Origin: Azolla caroliniana
Lineage: Eukaryota; Plantae; Polypodiophyta
Length of the DNA: 64,000 bases
Direction: 5' to 3'
Assembly: GCA_043228905.1 (NCBI GenBank)
Contig: JBHGNT010000003.1
Coordinates: forward strand, 6,696,001 to 6,760,000
Made by a program: the position numbers and the translations under genes. The notes under the pieces were generated by a model. The model was not told the origin of the DNA. It was given only the letters and a program-made list of their open reading frames with translations, and ran no database searches. Shown here one piece after another: positions 50,020-62,500 of the stretch (within the stretch, counting starts at the first letter, position 1; each line of letters begins with the position of its first letter).

Positions 50020-52660
50020 ATGGACCCACAAACGCTGTCGGAAGCGGCTAGGAAATGGCTCAGGCAACACGGACTGGATGGGTTCTTGACCATCATGGAG
50101 GCACCACCGCACAAAGAAGCCGACCGGGTCATCAAGGACCTCGACACAGAAGTCATCACCGAGGAAGCGATCCGTGCGCTAACAGGCCTTCCGGAGGGAG
50201 GTATTTTTCAAATCGATAACCCAACCTCGGAGCAACTCATCCGATATTTCGGTGAGTACTCTCTAGCCGGCAAAGGCTATCAAACGCAGGGCGGCGAAGA
50301 TCCGCTATTCAGGGAGATAGCTCGAGTGCTCCATGAGTACGACCACGTGTACCCCCAACCCCCTGTCATGCCAAAAAATCGGGCAGGGATGATCATAGCC
50401 ACCTATGAAGGGATCAAGGTGGATTGGCCGGTGTTGATTGCAGACGGTTTGTGCGCGGCAATCGACACGGTACGAGGAAAGGACGGCAAGGAAGGCCGGA
50501 AGCTGTGGCATGCCGTAGCTCAGTGGATAACATTGCTCGCGCCGCCGGTCGAGACCGTTCAGCCAAAGAAGCGGCCAAGATTATCGGAAGGAAGCACCTC
50601 GAAGCCCGCGTCCAAACGACAGCAGCTGCTGGCGTCGAAGGCGACGAAAGGGAAGAAACGGCTCCCAGAACCGGAGGAGGTGTCACCGGTCCGACCCGTT
50701 AAGATAACCATACGGCGACCGGGACAGAAGGAACCGGAACCGTTGACGGCACAGATACATGCCGTTACCCAGGAAGAGGAAACGGAGGAGCCAATAGAGC
50801 ACCTCCAACGACGGTCAAGAAGTAGGACCGCCGGGACAGCGGGGGAGCGTTCGGACCCGCAAAAGGAAGAAACGCCCCCAACTCAACCTGAGCAAACCAC
50901 AAGGGAGGAACCGGAACCGTGCGTATAGAACCGGCCTTGTCGACTTCTATACAAGAAGTCATTCCAACGGCTCCGGAGACAGCGAGAACCGGAACTCAAC
51001 AGCCGACGAGCCCAGCCAGCACACACAGCGGCCAAGGAGTAGAACCAGAACGGCAGCTACAGGCACTCAGGCCAGACAATTCCACAGTGAACGAGCCGAC
51101 CCGACCAGTACAGCAACAAGGCACTAGTAGCATGTGGCTACGGTGGGTAGGCGAGCAGATCGCCGGAGCGGTCGAGTACATAGAGGCGGAGGAGAGAGCG
51201 CACCACGAACGGTTGCTCGTCACAACCGTAGATCTAGAGACGGCCCGGTCCAGAATCCGGAGCCTTGAACAAGACTTGGGCAGGGTCACAAGGGAAATGG
51301 CTCAATTGGCTTTGACAACACAAGTCCAAGCACCGGTGACTCCGGGCAATGTACAGAATAAAGCGTCAGATCAACCTGTACATAGCAATCAGACCCCGGC
51401 AACGGAAACCGTTCCGGAGAGAAATGCGGCACAAGCCCAAGAGCTTGCGGACTTAAAGGATGAGTTAGCTGCCCAAGAAGAGCTGAGGAGCCGCGAAAGA
51501 GAGTTGAAGACGGCAGCGGAGGCAGAACTCAAAAAGACTGCTGAGAATCTACGTTGGGCCGAGGAGAGCTTACGAAAAGGCCACCAAGCGTACGACCGGC
51601 TCAAGAGGAGAAGGAGAAAATGTTGCAAGAGAAGGACAGGCTCCGGAGAAACGCCGAAACAGAAGTAGAGCGCCTGAAAGAGGAACTCCGGCAGCTAAAG
51701 GACCGGGAGGACCGGAACCATCGCCAGATCAACGGCAAGCTCAAACAAAAAACGGAGGAATTTGAGCACTTGCACCGGGAGTATAAACGGATGCAAACGG
51801 AGCACAAGGAACGGACGGATGAGCTCCGGCAAGCAGTTGATCGGACCGCAACGGCATACGCTAATGAACAAGCGGAAACCAGAAGACGGTTGGAAGAGGC
51901 AGAGAAGGTTCGGACAGAGCTCCTCAGGCAACAGCAGGCGGAAAGAGAAAGAGCGGCAGCGGTACTGCAGAAGCTGCAAACAACATATCAAGGGCAGCTG
52001 ACGCACTACAAAGAGCAGGCGGAGGATACGGCTAATCTCATCAAGCAGTTGAAGGAGGAACGACAAGTTGTGGAAAGTAGAGCGCAAATGGGAGCAAGTC
52101 GCATCCAGGATATCATGCGGGCCTGGTTGAACCAGATCAAATGGTGGACCAAGTGGGCCCCGAACGCGGCGGAACTCCAATTGCTCCGGGCCGACGTAGA
52201 GAACCAGCGGAAGGAGGGGGATGATTGCTATATGCTGACTTCCGAAGACTTCACCGGCATAAGAGATGAGCTGGCCGAAGACTTTCAAGCCTTGGCAGAG
52301 GACCAACTAGGGCAAGTCCGGCAACTTGTAGCTTAGCTGGACGACGACAGGCTGGAGGCGCAGATCCAGTTTGAAAGCTACGAGAGGTCCCGGATCCGGG
52401 AAGAGAAAGCACGAGAACCGGTTACGGTCAACCTCAGTGAGGAGGAACCGTTACTGGAAGGAGACCGGACCGGAAGCAGTCAAACGGGGATGCCGGAGTC
52501 AGAGAAACAAACGGAGCAGCCGCCTATAGAGCAGCCGGAGCAGTCTCAGTCCCAACCGCAACCACAGCAGCAGCAGCAAGCACAGCCGCAACAACCACAA
52601 CCGGAAGAACAATTGGAAACTCTGGAACAAAGTATTTTGGACAATTTGGGTGAACAATGA
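50020..52660 (+). pseudogene. Gypsy extra ORF (~880 codons): globular N-terminal domain, long coiled coil and Q/E/P tail; two frameshifts and one stop
   Basis: Track ORFs ending at 50928, 51668 and 52336 join into one; the frame continues past TAG 52334 to TGA 52658. Confidence 0.8.
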
Positions 52661-53136
52661 AGGGGCCGAGAAGGGTTCGACGTACAAGGTACTGTCCCAC
52701 GGGCGTGCCATGTGTTACCGGCCGGCAAGGAGTCCAAAATACGGAGTGAAGGAATTAATTAAGTATGGTTGTAAATAAGCATAGTGTGGACGGACGGACT
52801 GGAAACGGTATGCCGTTCCAGATCCGGACGGATCCCGAATAGGTGCGATAGGCACCGTTTTGTACTACGGGCCGGAAACCTATTTAAAGGCCCGGACCCC
52901 ATTGTAATCGCAGCGGATAATTAATAGAGCGTATGGTGTTTATACTTCTGTGTTGATTTCCGTTCTGTAATTACTGTTATATCTTACGCGTGTAATTAAC
53001 AAAAGCGCCCTAATCGTGTAACCTACTTAGGTCGGTGTAATCGTTGAGTCATAATCCTATGCCGTAATCACCCTTTGGTGAAGTGTCTCCGTGACACCTT
53101 GTGTTAGGCCTTGTCCGGTCAGAGAACAACATGGTT

Positions 53137-54240
53137 TAGATATTTTACTCCGGTTGGTGTTATTATAGGAGTAAAAGGAACAACATCTCAAGGAGACTGT
53201 TACTATTTTGATGTGTCCAAGGAAGGAAGATTATGGCAGACTGATGTGGAATCGTCAATTTGGCAAACGACATTGCAACATCCGGTGAGAGTGATTGGTA
53301 AATCGGGTAAAAGATGGATTTTAGATCCTTCTCCTTCTGATAGTATGTTATTTTGCCAACTATGGGTTTTAAAAAAGAAGTCATTGTTGGACTTGCATCG
53401 GGATCCATCAGATTATCTTTGGAAACATACAAATCCTTCGTCTCATACTAAATTTTTTCAATATTCTGTGAAGTTGGGACGAAAGTTGCTCTAAGTAGGA
53501 AATTTCATCCACCATCCGCTATGAAAGTGTGGTTGGCGAAGGGGGCCTCTTTAATGGATGCATCTAAATATTGGAAGTGGTTATGGAGTATGCGGATTCC
53601 CAGGAAGATTGTCCTTTTTCGTTGATTATTGATCCATTATGCACTACCGGTTCGGGCTTGGTTGCGACAATTAGATAGTAAGTCATGTGGTTTTGGTTGT
53701 GGATGTATGATAGAATCAATTAAGCATGTATTGTGGTCTTGTCCTAAAATTATGCAAATATGGCAGAGAGTATTAAGGTTGTTGATATTGATACATGCTA
53801 ATTGTGTGGTCACTTGGGGTGCGGTTAGGTGGGGAATTCTAGAGGGACAACTCTTGTTATATGAAAAGGAAGATATAGTGGAAGCTTTTCACATAGTTCC
53901 TCCTCATATACAAATGGTTCAACCTTTTATAAGTGACAGTTTGCAATTTAGGGATGATATTATATGGAAGACAATTTCATCTATTCTGATGTGGGTAATT
54001 TGGAAGGCGATAATGTCACTCAGGATGCTTTAGTTATAATTGTTGAATTCTGGTTGTTACTTGTTCATACATCACGCGGTCAGTATGAAAGTTTCACAGG
54101 CAATGTTGATGCCATTTTCAGGAAACAAATGCATTTTAAAAGGATATGGACCTCTATGCTCATTTTTAGGGAAGATGGAGATCACATAATTTGGATGCAT
54201 ATTGTTCTCGTCATTTTGGGAAACAATGTCTACTAACTTT
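53137..54240 (+). mobile_element. L1 ORF2 3' remnant (host of the gypsy insertion; its left part is ~43200-43300)
   Basis: RGFSLMF...EHVW|FRYFTPVGVIIG reads through the TSD; LDPSP, IHYALPV, CGFGC...ESIKHVLWSC and WVIWKA. Confidence 0.82.
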
Positions 54241-54639
54241 GTTTATGGACATTCTGTTGTTACAGATTTTGGGTGCTATAGGTTACATTGAATTCTCAAT
54301 TGCAGTTTGGGAGGAGTAGATGATAACAATCTTGGAGATATGTTGTATAAATATGTGTATTTTTTGCATATACACATCAAATTGACTATGAGGAATGGCG
54401 CTGGAAAGTTGTTGTTGTTGCACAAGTTGCAAGATGGATTATGAAAGAGAGGCATTAGTCAAAGTTTGAAAAGCAGAAATCCAGAAACAAAAACAACAAA
54501 TTGCTTGAAGTTTAGCTAAAAACATTTTTACTTTCTGGCATTCAAGTGAAGCACTTCTTACAAATATTGTTACAATGATAATGTTTTTATGTCAGTTTTA
54601 TCAAGCAGTAATTCGGAAAAAACAGCCATTGATAAGGTA

Positions 54640-54935
54640 TCGTCAATGTTGTGGCATTTCTCAAAGTTTGTGCTCAGAGGAAGGATCTTTGTGAAGGTTA
54701 TAGAATACATGCATATATTGTGAGAAAAGGGTTGCTTGAAAAAAGCTCGTATCTAGCAACTGATTTGATCAACATGAAATGCGTCAATTTCAGGTTATGC
54801 ACAAGAAGGCCGAATTTATGAAGCTTTAAAAGCTTCAAAAAGATGCAAAACGAGGGCATCTCTTCTTATTGCTTGATCACCCCTTATTGCTGGCTATGCT
54901 CAACAAATCGGCTATGATGAGGGTACAAGGGGATC
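54640..54935 (+). pseudogene. PLS-class pentatricopeptide repeat (PPR) gene fragment
   Basis: LKVCAQRKDLCEGYRIHAYIVRKGLLEKSSYLATDLINM and GYAQEGRIYEALK..KKMQNEGIS resemble L- and P-type PPR motifs; frameshifted, with no long ORF. Confidence 0.7.
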
Positions 54936-55744
54936 GGTTGGTATATTTGTTTATCCAACACAACTTTTGTATTTCTTATAATTTAATAATACCAAGGCGT
55001 ACCTTTTATTTTGGGGGGGGGGGGGGGGGGGAGAACCTAATCGCTCAAGAGAGCCACAAACCACTAAACCTTGCTTTGATCACAATTCAATTTTGGCTTG
55101 AACCCAACCTTTGCCAATCATTAAATGTGCATATACTTCTTAAGTTATAAAGTTAAATTTGCAATAAAAGTGCCCACAAAGTAGTAAGTTGTTTACGGTA
55201 TGATTTAAAGCAAGATAAATTACAAATCCACAAGCCAATAAAGGTTCTACTTGAACAATTGAATCCCCATGCCAAACTGAATACAACTTGAACTGTTTTG
55301 CAATTTTGCAAACCTAAACCGAACCAAGATGAAATGATTAAGTTGGGGTTTCGTGGTTTGATATGGCACAAACCAAAGCATTGCCTGATTCCTACCAGCC
55401 ACACGTGTGATGCTATATTTGTGGAGTTTCTTTCCTATATATGGTTGGCAAAAGGAAAGTCACTCAGGTGCAGTTAACATTGATTTGTCGGCCTTGGCAC
55501 CAACGAGAGAGAGATTCTAATAGACAGACATATAAACAAACACACATAGACAATTGTCCAAGCAAGATGTTCCAAACCACATAGACTACTAATCTGCGTC
55601 CCTCGACCAAATAGGATCTGATCGATACCCCCACCCCTCCTCTCTCCTCTCAGCAACGTGTCTTTGAATCATCATGTGCAACTGGCTAAACGCTCGGAAC
55701 ATGATAATTCAATCCGAGTGCTCGTTGATGCATCAACTCCCAAG

Positions 55745-56190
55745 CAGACAGACACACATAGACACAAACATACACATAAAGATAGGCACGAACACACAGA
55801 CAAAGACAAAGACAGACACAAACATATAGACAAAGACAGACACAAACATACAGATACAAACACAAACACATAGACAAAAGACAGACACAAACATACAGAC
55901 AAAGACAAGACACAAGCATACATATACAAATGCCTACTATTGACCCGTGGGATTTGGGCACCTGCTCGCCCAAACCATCACAGACACAAAACATACAGAC
56001 AAAGACGGACACAAATATACAGACAAAGACAGACACAAAAACACAGACAAAGACAGACACAAAGACATACAGACACAGATGCCTATTATTGACCCGTGGG
56101 ATTTGGGCACCCTGCTCTCCTGCCCGCCCAAACCATCACATGTTCTCATGGTTCCATCCCCCAACACACACACACACACACACACAAAAG
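55745..56190. repeat. (CAGA/CACA/CAAA)-rich low-complexity repeat with a duplicated ~60-bp block
   Basis: atgccta.tattgacccgtgggatttgggcacc at 55930 and 56079 within AC-rich units. Confidence 0.85.
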
Positions 56191-56577
56191 AAAACATTTC
56201 TCAAGTAAATTCTTTTCTTCCCTCTCAAAACCAATGGCCTCTCCTTGACTGCTCATGCCTTGAATTGTGCTTCCTGCACACTATTAGGGTTTTTTTTTTT
56301 TTTTTTGGGCGATGGCGATCTGATTGGTAACAGTCTCAGCATTTATCCCGTCTTCTTCAGACCCTCCAGTAACTTATATGGTGGGGAGAGTTGTTTTTAT
56401 TTTTTGGTGATGGCCATGCCGACCTGAAGTCCTCCTCCTGTCTTCTTCGATTTGGAAAGGTCTCAGTGATGAATGAACTCGGCGATCTGAAGTTGCGGTA
56501 GAATTAGTCTCCCTTTCTTCTTCTTCTTCTTCTTCTTCTTCTTCTCCAGACCCTCGAGTAAATTGAATGCTGGAAAA

Positions 56578-59500
56578 ATGGCTCAGAACACAAACCAAGA
56601 AGGGGGATCCCACCTTCTACAAACATTTTTTCACCTCATGGGCAAGAATCTTCTCTCAATTTCTGTATGTTGTTTGATAGTCTATTGTGATAGGAAATTC
56701 ATTCCAACGGCTCATCATCAATCATACTACAGCATGTGTTTTTGTCGATATTCTATATGTCTGTGTGCATATAAATAAAAAGAAATTAAATCCGATATTC
56801 ATTAGTAAAATAGCTTTCGGGCATATAGGTATACCGTTAGGAATGGTGATAGCAAAATAAGCCCCATCTTCAATACTAGTTGACTGGTCATAGGAAAATA
56901 ATCCCATATGGCCATCATAACCGGCAAGAACAGTATGTTGATCATCTATCCAATTCTGTATGTCATGTAAAAATTAAAAATTAAATTTAACACTAATGAG
57001 TAAGATCTGTCTCTCAAATTCTATTTATGTTTCATTGTATATATAACGATCAGAAACTATATCCAATATACATGTATCCATTCAGTTTCACAGATTGCGT
57101 CTCGGGTCTTATCTTTCTTGTTGAATCTTCTGATTGCACGTCGTCTCTCACAGGAAGATTATGGGGTAAATGCTCATTCTCAATTAACTCATTAATGTGA
57201 AATTCATTGTTTTTTATATATATTATAAGTCACAATTCTTGAATAAGGCTAGTTTTATTATTGTTATCATCAATCATGATTCTTATATAAATTACCAAAA
57301 TTTGTATTTTGAGCAATGCAAAATAGCTTATATTTTTTATCACCTCTGCTAGCTTTTTTTCGCCAAATAAAACTCTTTAAAGAGATGCCAGGATGCTCAA
57401 TTTACATTCATGCAGATAGCTTAAATCAAAATGAAACACCTTGGCACCATATCAGTTTTATGAAAGACCATTGACATTTTTATGAAGATCTTAATTTGCA
57501 ATTGGGAAACTTGTTAAATGAAAACATTCACAAAATTTGAAGGGATTATTCTCATAATTTTCGAACCTTGTTGGTATACTTCCAACTGCTCCAGTCAACC
57601 CCTATAAGAGAGGAAAGGGGTATAAATTGACCACATCAATTGCACAGAAAATTGTGGAGACAGAGATTTATAATTGCTCAAATAGCACAAATAATTGCTT
57701 GACAGGGAGCTGACCAATGATATGTAGGGAAATATTAAAAAGTGAGGGGAATTTGTCTAAATAAATAAAAAACGTAGGGGTATTGAGGTAAACCATGAAG
57801 TGTAAAGGCGATTTTCAAAGTGCAAATTAGACCAAACTTGGATATGTTACCACTGAACCAAACACTCGATAACACCCAAAAAATGCATCTCTCTACATCC
57901 TTTCAGGTTTGTAAACTTGTTTTTTCATTCAACCCAAGTTTCCAACTCATATTTTCTCTTCCAAAGCATGGATGCATTAGCCTATCCAATTTTTTCTTTG
58001 ACCAAGTGTAAAATGAGAGAAAGTAGGAGATAATCGTAAACACATGTTAATGGCCATCCCAGAGATTTCCAATCAAAATCTGTGTAGTAGCTATCCTCTA
58101 AGAAAACTGATGGTTAAAAGATTTAACCAGGGTTAATGTACATGTAATCCGAAGATGTGGTTATGATGCATTAATTGATTAAGCGACGACTTAAAAAATA
58201 ACTGTAGTTAATAAGGATGTTAAAGATAACCATATGAAGGACCTGTTGCTCAACATTAATATCATGCCGTGAAGGAACTGATGGACCCGTGATTTTTAGG
58301 CCACATGATTTGGTATATGAATTAGATGCAATGACCTCTATCTTGTTTTGAAATTGTATCTCTTATTTCCTGTGAATGTATGGATGTCAAACATAGAATG
58401 GATACCATATATTGATGCAAGAATGTTTCTCCATGCAAAGAGCAGGAGTTTTCTCTATTGTCGAATCACTAAAGATGAATATTCAGAACAATAATAAGTG
58501 CCAGGTGTTTTCCTTCTTGATCCTCAAGCATGTTGACCTTTATCTTATGCCGTTCATGTCACTGGATTATGGTTTTGTGAATTGCAATTATCTTTGCAAC
58601 TTTAGAGGTGAAGAGCATCGGAATAATATTTAATTGCCTAAAGACTATTAAATCTTTATTTTTTGCTTTTCCTCTCTTTGCAAGATTTGAAATCATGCAT
58701 GCAAGATTTGAAATCATGCATGCAAGATTTCAATAAAAATACTTGCACACATTCCAAATTATTGGAAAGGAGCAAAATGATCACAAGGAAAGTCAAATAA
58801 TATAAGGGAAGGTTATTGAGATGTTTGAAATTAATATCCACGGCAGTAATGGTGCTGAAGGGATGACAATGCCAGAGAGTTTGTTTCTTGGTTTAGACTT
58901 GAACTCATGTCTCTTAAAGGATGCAAGAAGGGAGGTATTCCCTTATATATTCGAGGCAGCAAAGATCTTAAAATAGGTTGACATCTTTTAGTGAACTCAT
59001 GTCACTAAAAGATGTCAAAGTTTAAAATAATAGTTTGCATTAACATTTAATTAGGCACCAGCCTTCACTATGATGATGACTGAATGATTTTGCAGATACT
59101 TCTTTTTATTTAAGAAAATAGATCTTCAAGCAGAATCTTCTCTTTACGCAGGTCTTTGCAATACAATTCCACCTTTTGATAACAACCGTTTTATTCTTGA
59201 GCAGAGAAGGGTTTCGACGAGCATGCCTACGAACTGAGTTTAGGTAATAAACTTGGTTTTTGTGAATCAAAAATTTCTCTGGGAATTTTGCCTTAGCTCT
59301 AGAAGTGATCATTCTGATTATGTCTAGTGGAACTTGGATGTGACAGCTATGCAGTCTCAAAATCAACAAATGGAAACAAACTCATGGCAATCGCCTGGTT
59401 AACAGTTCCGTTCGGAGTGATTCTATCACTACTATCTTATGTATTCGTTTTGAGCCAAAATGCTGTCAGAATCTCAAAAGAATCTACCCATGCATTTATG

Positions 59501-62500
59501 GTTTTGGGTATGAATCTTGACATAATTTCTTTACAAAACTGATTTGTTTTGGCATCCACTCGTTTTGAGGCAGTAGGCAAATATATCTTCCCCTCTCTGT
59601 GCACTACTATAAAAACTTTTTATAATATACTTGAATTAGACACTACTTATGTGTGGTAATGTCCTGTAAGGTTTAAAAGTTGCCATACATCCTACTGATA
59701 AAAGAGAGTGGAGTGTTAAGTATGCTGAAAAACTCGTGAGATACTCATGGGTATGGTTTGTACCTCAACAATATAGTTTTCTCAATGCCAGACACTGTCA
59801 ATCAGAATTTACTTACACTTCAAAATTGAGGTAATTCAAGTGGGTGATGGTGTACATTAAAAACTAAAGAGATGTGCTACGGTGCCTTTTAGTTTGTAGT
59901 CTGCATTGTTTCGCCATCGATGTAATCATATATGTCCACTTTAAGCATTTTTATTTGCTCAATTGACTTCCTATATACTTGCTATTCAAAAGGTTTGTTT
60001 TTAACTGACTGCATTTATATCTGTGCAGGTATATCATGTATTATAGAAATTCTGAGCGAACCTCTATATATATTAGCACAGAACATGCTTTTGCTGCAAT
60101 TGCGTGTGAAGGTTGAAGCATTGGCTACGTTCGTTCGTTGTTTAGTTACATATATATTAGTTGTACAGGGCATTGGCAAGGTTTGTAATCAATTGATGGC
60201 TTAATTCAAGCAGCAATTATTAGTATAAATCTTAATAAGTATTGAACCAATTAAATATGCCTACAGTCTTGTCTGATCATCCTCGTAACTTGACTTTCCT
60301 GATCTAATCGATTTCTAACTTAACTGCCGTCTTATTCTCAAATTCTATGTCAATTGCCTGGTTTATCTTCTTATATTTTCTTATTGCCTCCCAGCTCCAC
60401 AATCACTTCCTTCTCAGGTTTGTTTTTACTTCACATACTTCACAATCACTTCCTTTTCTCTTCATTCACGGGCATTGGACATAAGTCTTAGTCAAAACAT
60501 GCAGGAGACCTGGGAGGTTTTTCTTTACATCACATACTTAAACTTTGAACTTCACTTCTTGCAATTCTCCTCTTCATTCACGGGCATTGGACATAAGTCT
60601 TTCTCAAAACATGCCGGAGATCAGGGAGAGCAGTAATACATATAATTTGAAAAATAGTGAATAGGACTTAGAAGTTTAGACATGTAGTTTGTGCTTTCAA
60701 AGGTTATGCAGAAGCATGGAACCCTACACAATTCTGGTTTGCTCACAGAAATTTTATCACACACCCTGCACAAGAGAATTAGTAGTCACTCAGTTTTACT
60801 GCTCTTGAAGAACTGATAAATGCGAGTGATTAATTCTTTAGACTCTTGGAAGAATAACATGCTGCAAAGTAACATTACCTCAAGACTGTTGATGTCTCAG
60901 ATTTCTATAAATTATGAGCATGCACCAACTAGCTCAAGAGATTTATTGGATTTCTTGAAATTCTTACCATAGAAAATTGAGGCTCTTGTTTGACAAACCT
61001 AAATTTTATTTACCATAATTCCAGAATAGAAAGCTATAAAACTGCCCCCTAGTAGTTGCATTTTATGCATCTACTTTGGAATTCCTATATCTTCTTTCGT
61101 TACTGTATTCATTTCTAGTTTTTGTCATGACTTCATCTTTTTGTGACATATCAAGTACTTATCTTATGTTGAGTATATACCATTTTCACAATGTCGAGGA
61201 GATTATTTCGCTGAAATTTTCCAAAAGGCTACATCTGTGTTTCTTATTTCCTATTGCCATTTCACAAATGAATTCCATCGTAGTCATTTTTTTAAGCGCC
61301 ACATGAGAAAAATCTAGCTCATCTTCTCTGGATACTGCACAGATTTTGCCTCATACATTGATAACCTTGTCGAGAAAGACCTTTAATCTCAAAAGAATAA
61401 TCATCTGATCTTATTCTCTCTATTCTTCTGTATGGCCCTCAGGGAGAAGAATCATATAGCCTTTCAAAATAATCACAGCACTGGGCCTTTTAACATCTGG
61501 ATGTCCTATAAGTATTGTGTTAAGTTGTTTTCTACATACTCAAAGCAAGATGGTAGGATTTCAGTTTAATACCTATTTTTAAAGAGAGATGCATTGCCGC
61601 CTCATTTATGTTTTGTATCTAGCCTTCCTCAATAAGGAAATATTTTTCGTCTGAGAATAGTAAATGTCTATTGTTGGCTATGTATTTACAGAATGAAAAA
61701 AATGGACTCTTTAATTGTGCAGGCTGGGGGCATACTGTTTGCTTATGCTCAAATGTCATATGCTTCATGTGTTTTTTTGGGGTACTGGAGTTATTTTCTT
61801 TTCTTCTCGAAATTAAAAGCTGAGCTGGTTGAGAACAGATCTTCTGTGGGTGCTTACTTTTTGCCCAAATGGTATGGCTTTTCTTTTCTTTTGCAATCCT
61901 TATAAGTATGTTCCATATCCACATCTTGATTCTTTTGTACTTCTACTCTGTAGGCACATGTGGAAGCACATTGATAAACAAGTATTCTACTTGGCTATTA
62001 TGTTTACTTTTCAGTCATTTCAAAAACTGATCCTTCAAGAAGGGGAAAAATTCGTTTTACTAATTTTTGATACAACTTACAACCAGGGAGTCTATGGATT
62101 AGTTGACAATTTAGGTAACAATTTGTAGATGAATGCCATTTGCATACTTTTTTCCAAATGCTCTCTGTGACACATCAATGGACATATTTGAAATGGATAT
62201 TGGTGGTAGGCAGCTTAGTAGTGAGATCAATTTTCCAACCGTTTGAGGAGAGTGCATTCACAATTTTTGCGAAGACCTCAAGCTCTGACAATAGTAAGGA
62301 CTCTCTTTGCCTTTTTCTGGTCCTAATCATAACGAAAACAGGGTCTGCCATGAAAGCGTGTTTATGGTTTTAAGAAAACTAGAATCTTCTGACAGTTGTA
62401 TGCATACAGGCTCAGGATCTCCTGCATATGAGAAGCTTCATGATGTTGTAGTTCCAGCTCTCAAGCTTGTCACTTTGATAGGTAGTTCTAAAGGCCATAG

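Larger units (their letters stand above)
43301..53131 (+). mobile_element. Ty3/gypsy LTR retrotransposon, non-chromovirus type, with an extra 3' ORF (9831 bp)
   Basis: 419-bp LTRs at 43301-43719 and 52713-53131 (one mismatch seen). TSD TGGTT at 43296-43300 and 53132-53136. PBS TGGCGACCAC at ~43726 (probably tRNA-Arg). PR-RT-RH-INT order; no chromodomain or second RNase H visible. Confidence 0.96.

Noticed and set aside
58679-58730. 21-bp tandem repeat in RFT1 intron 2 (also a ~110-bp duplication at 60458-60620)
   Set aside because: Ordinary slippage-type duplications with no sign of function.
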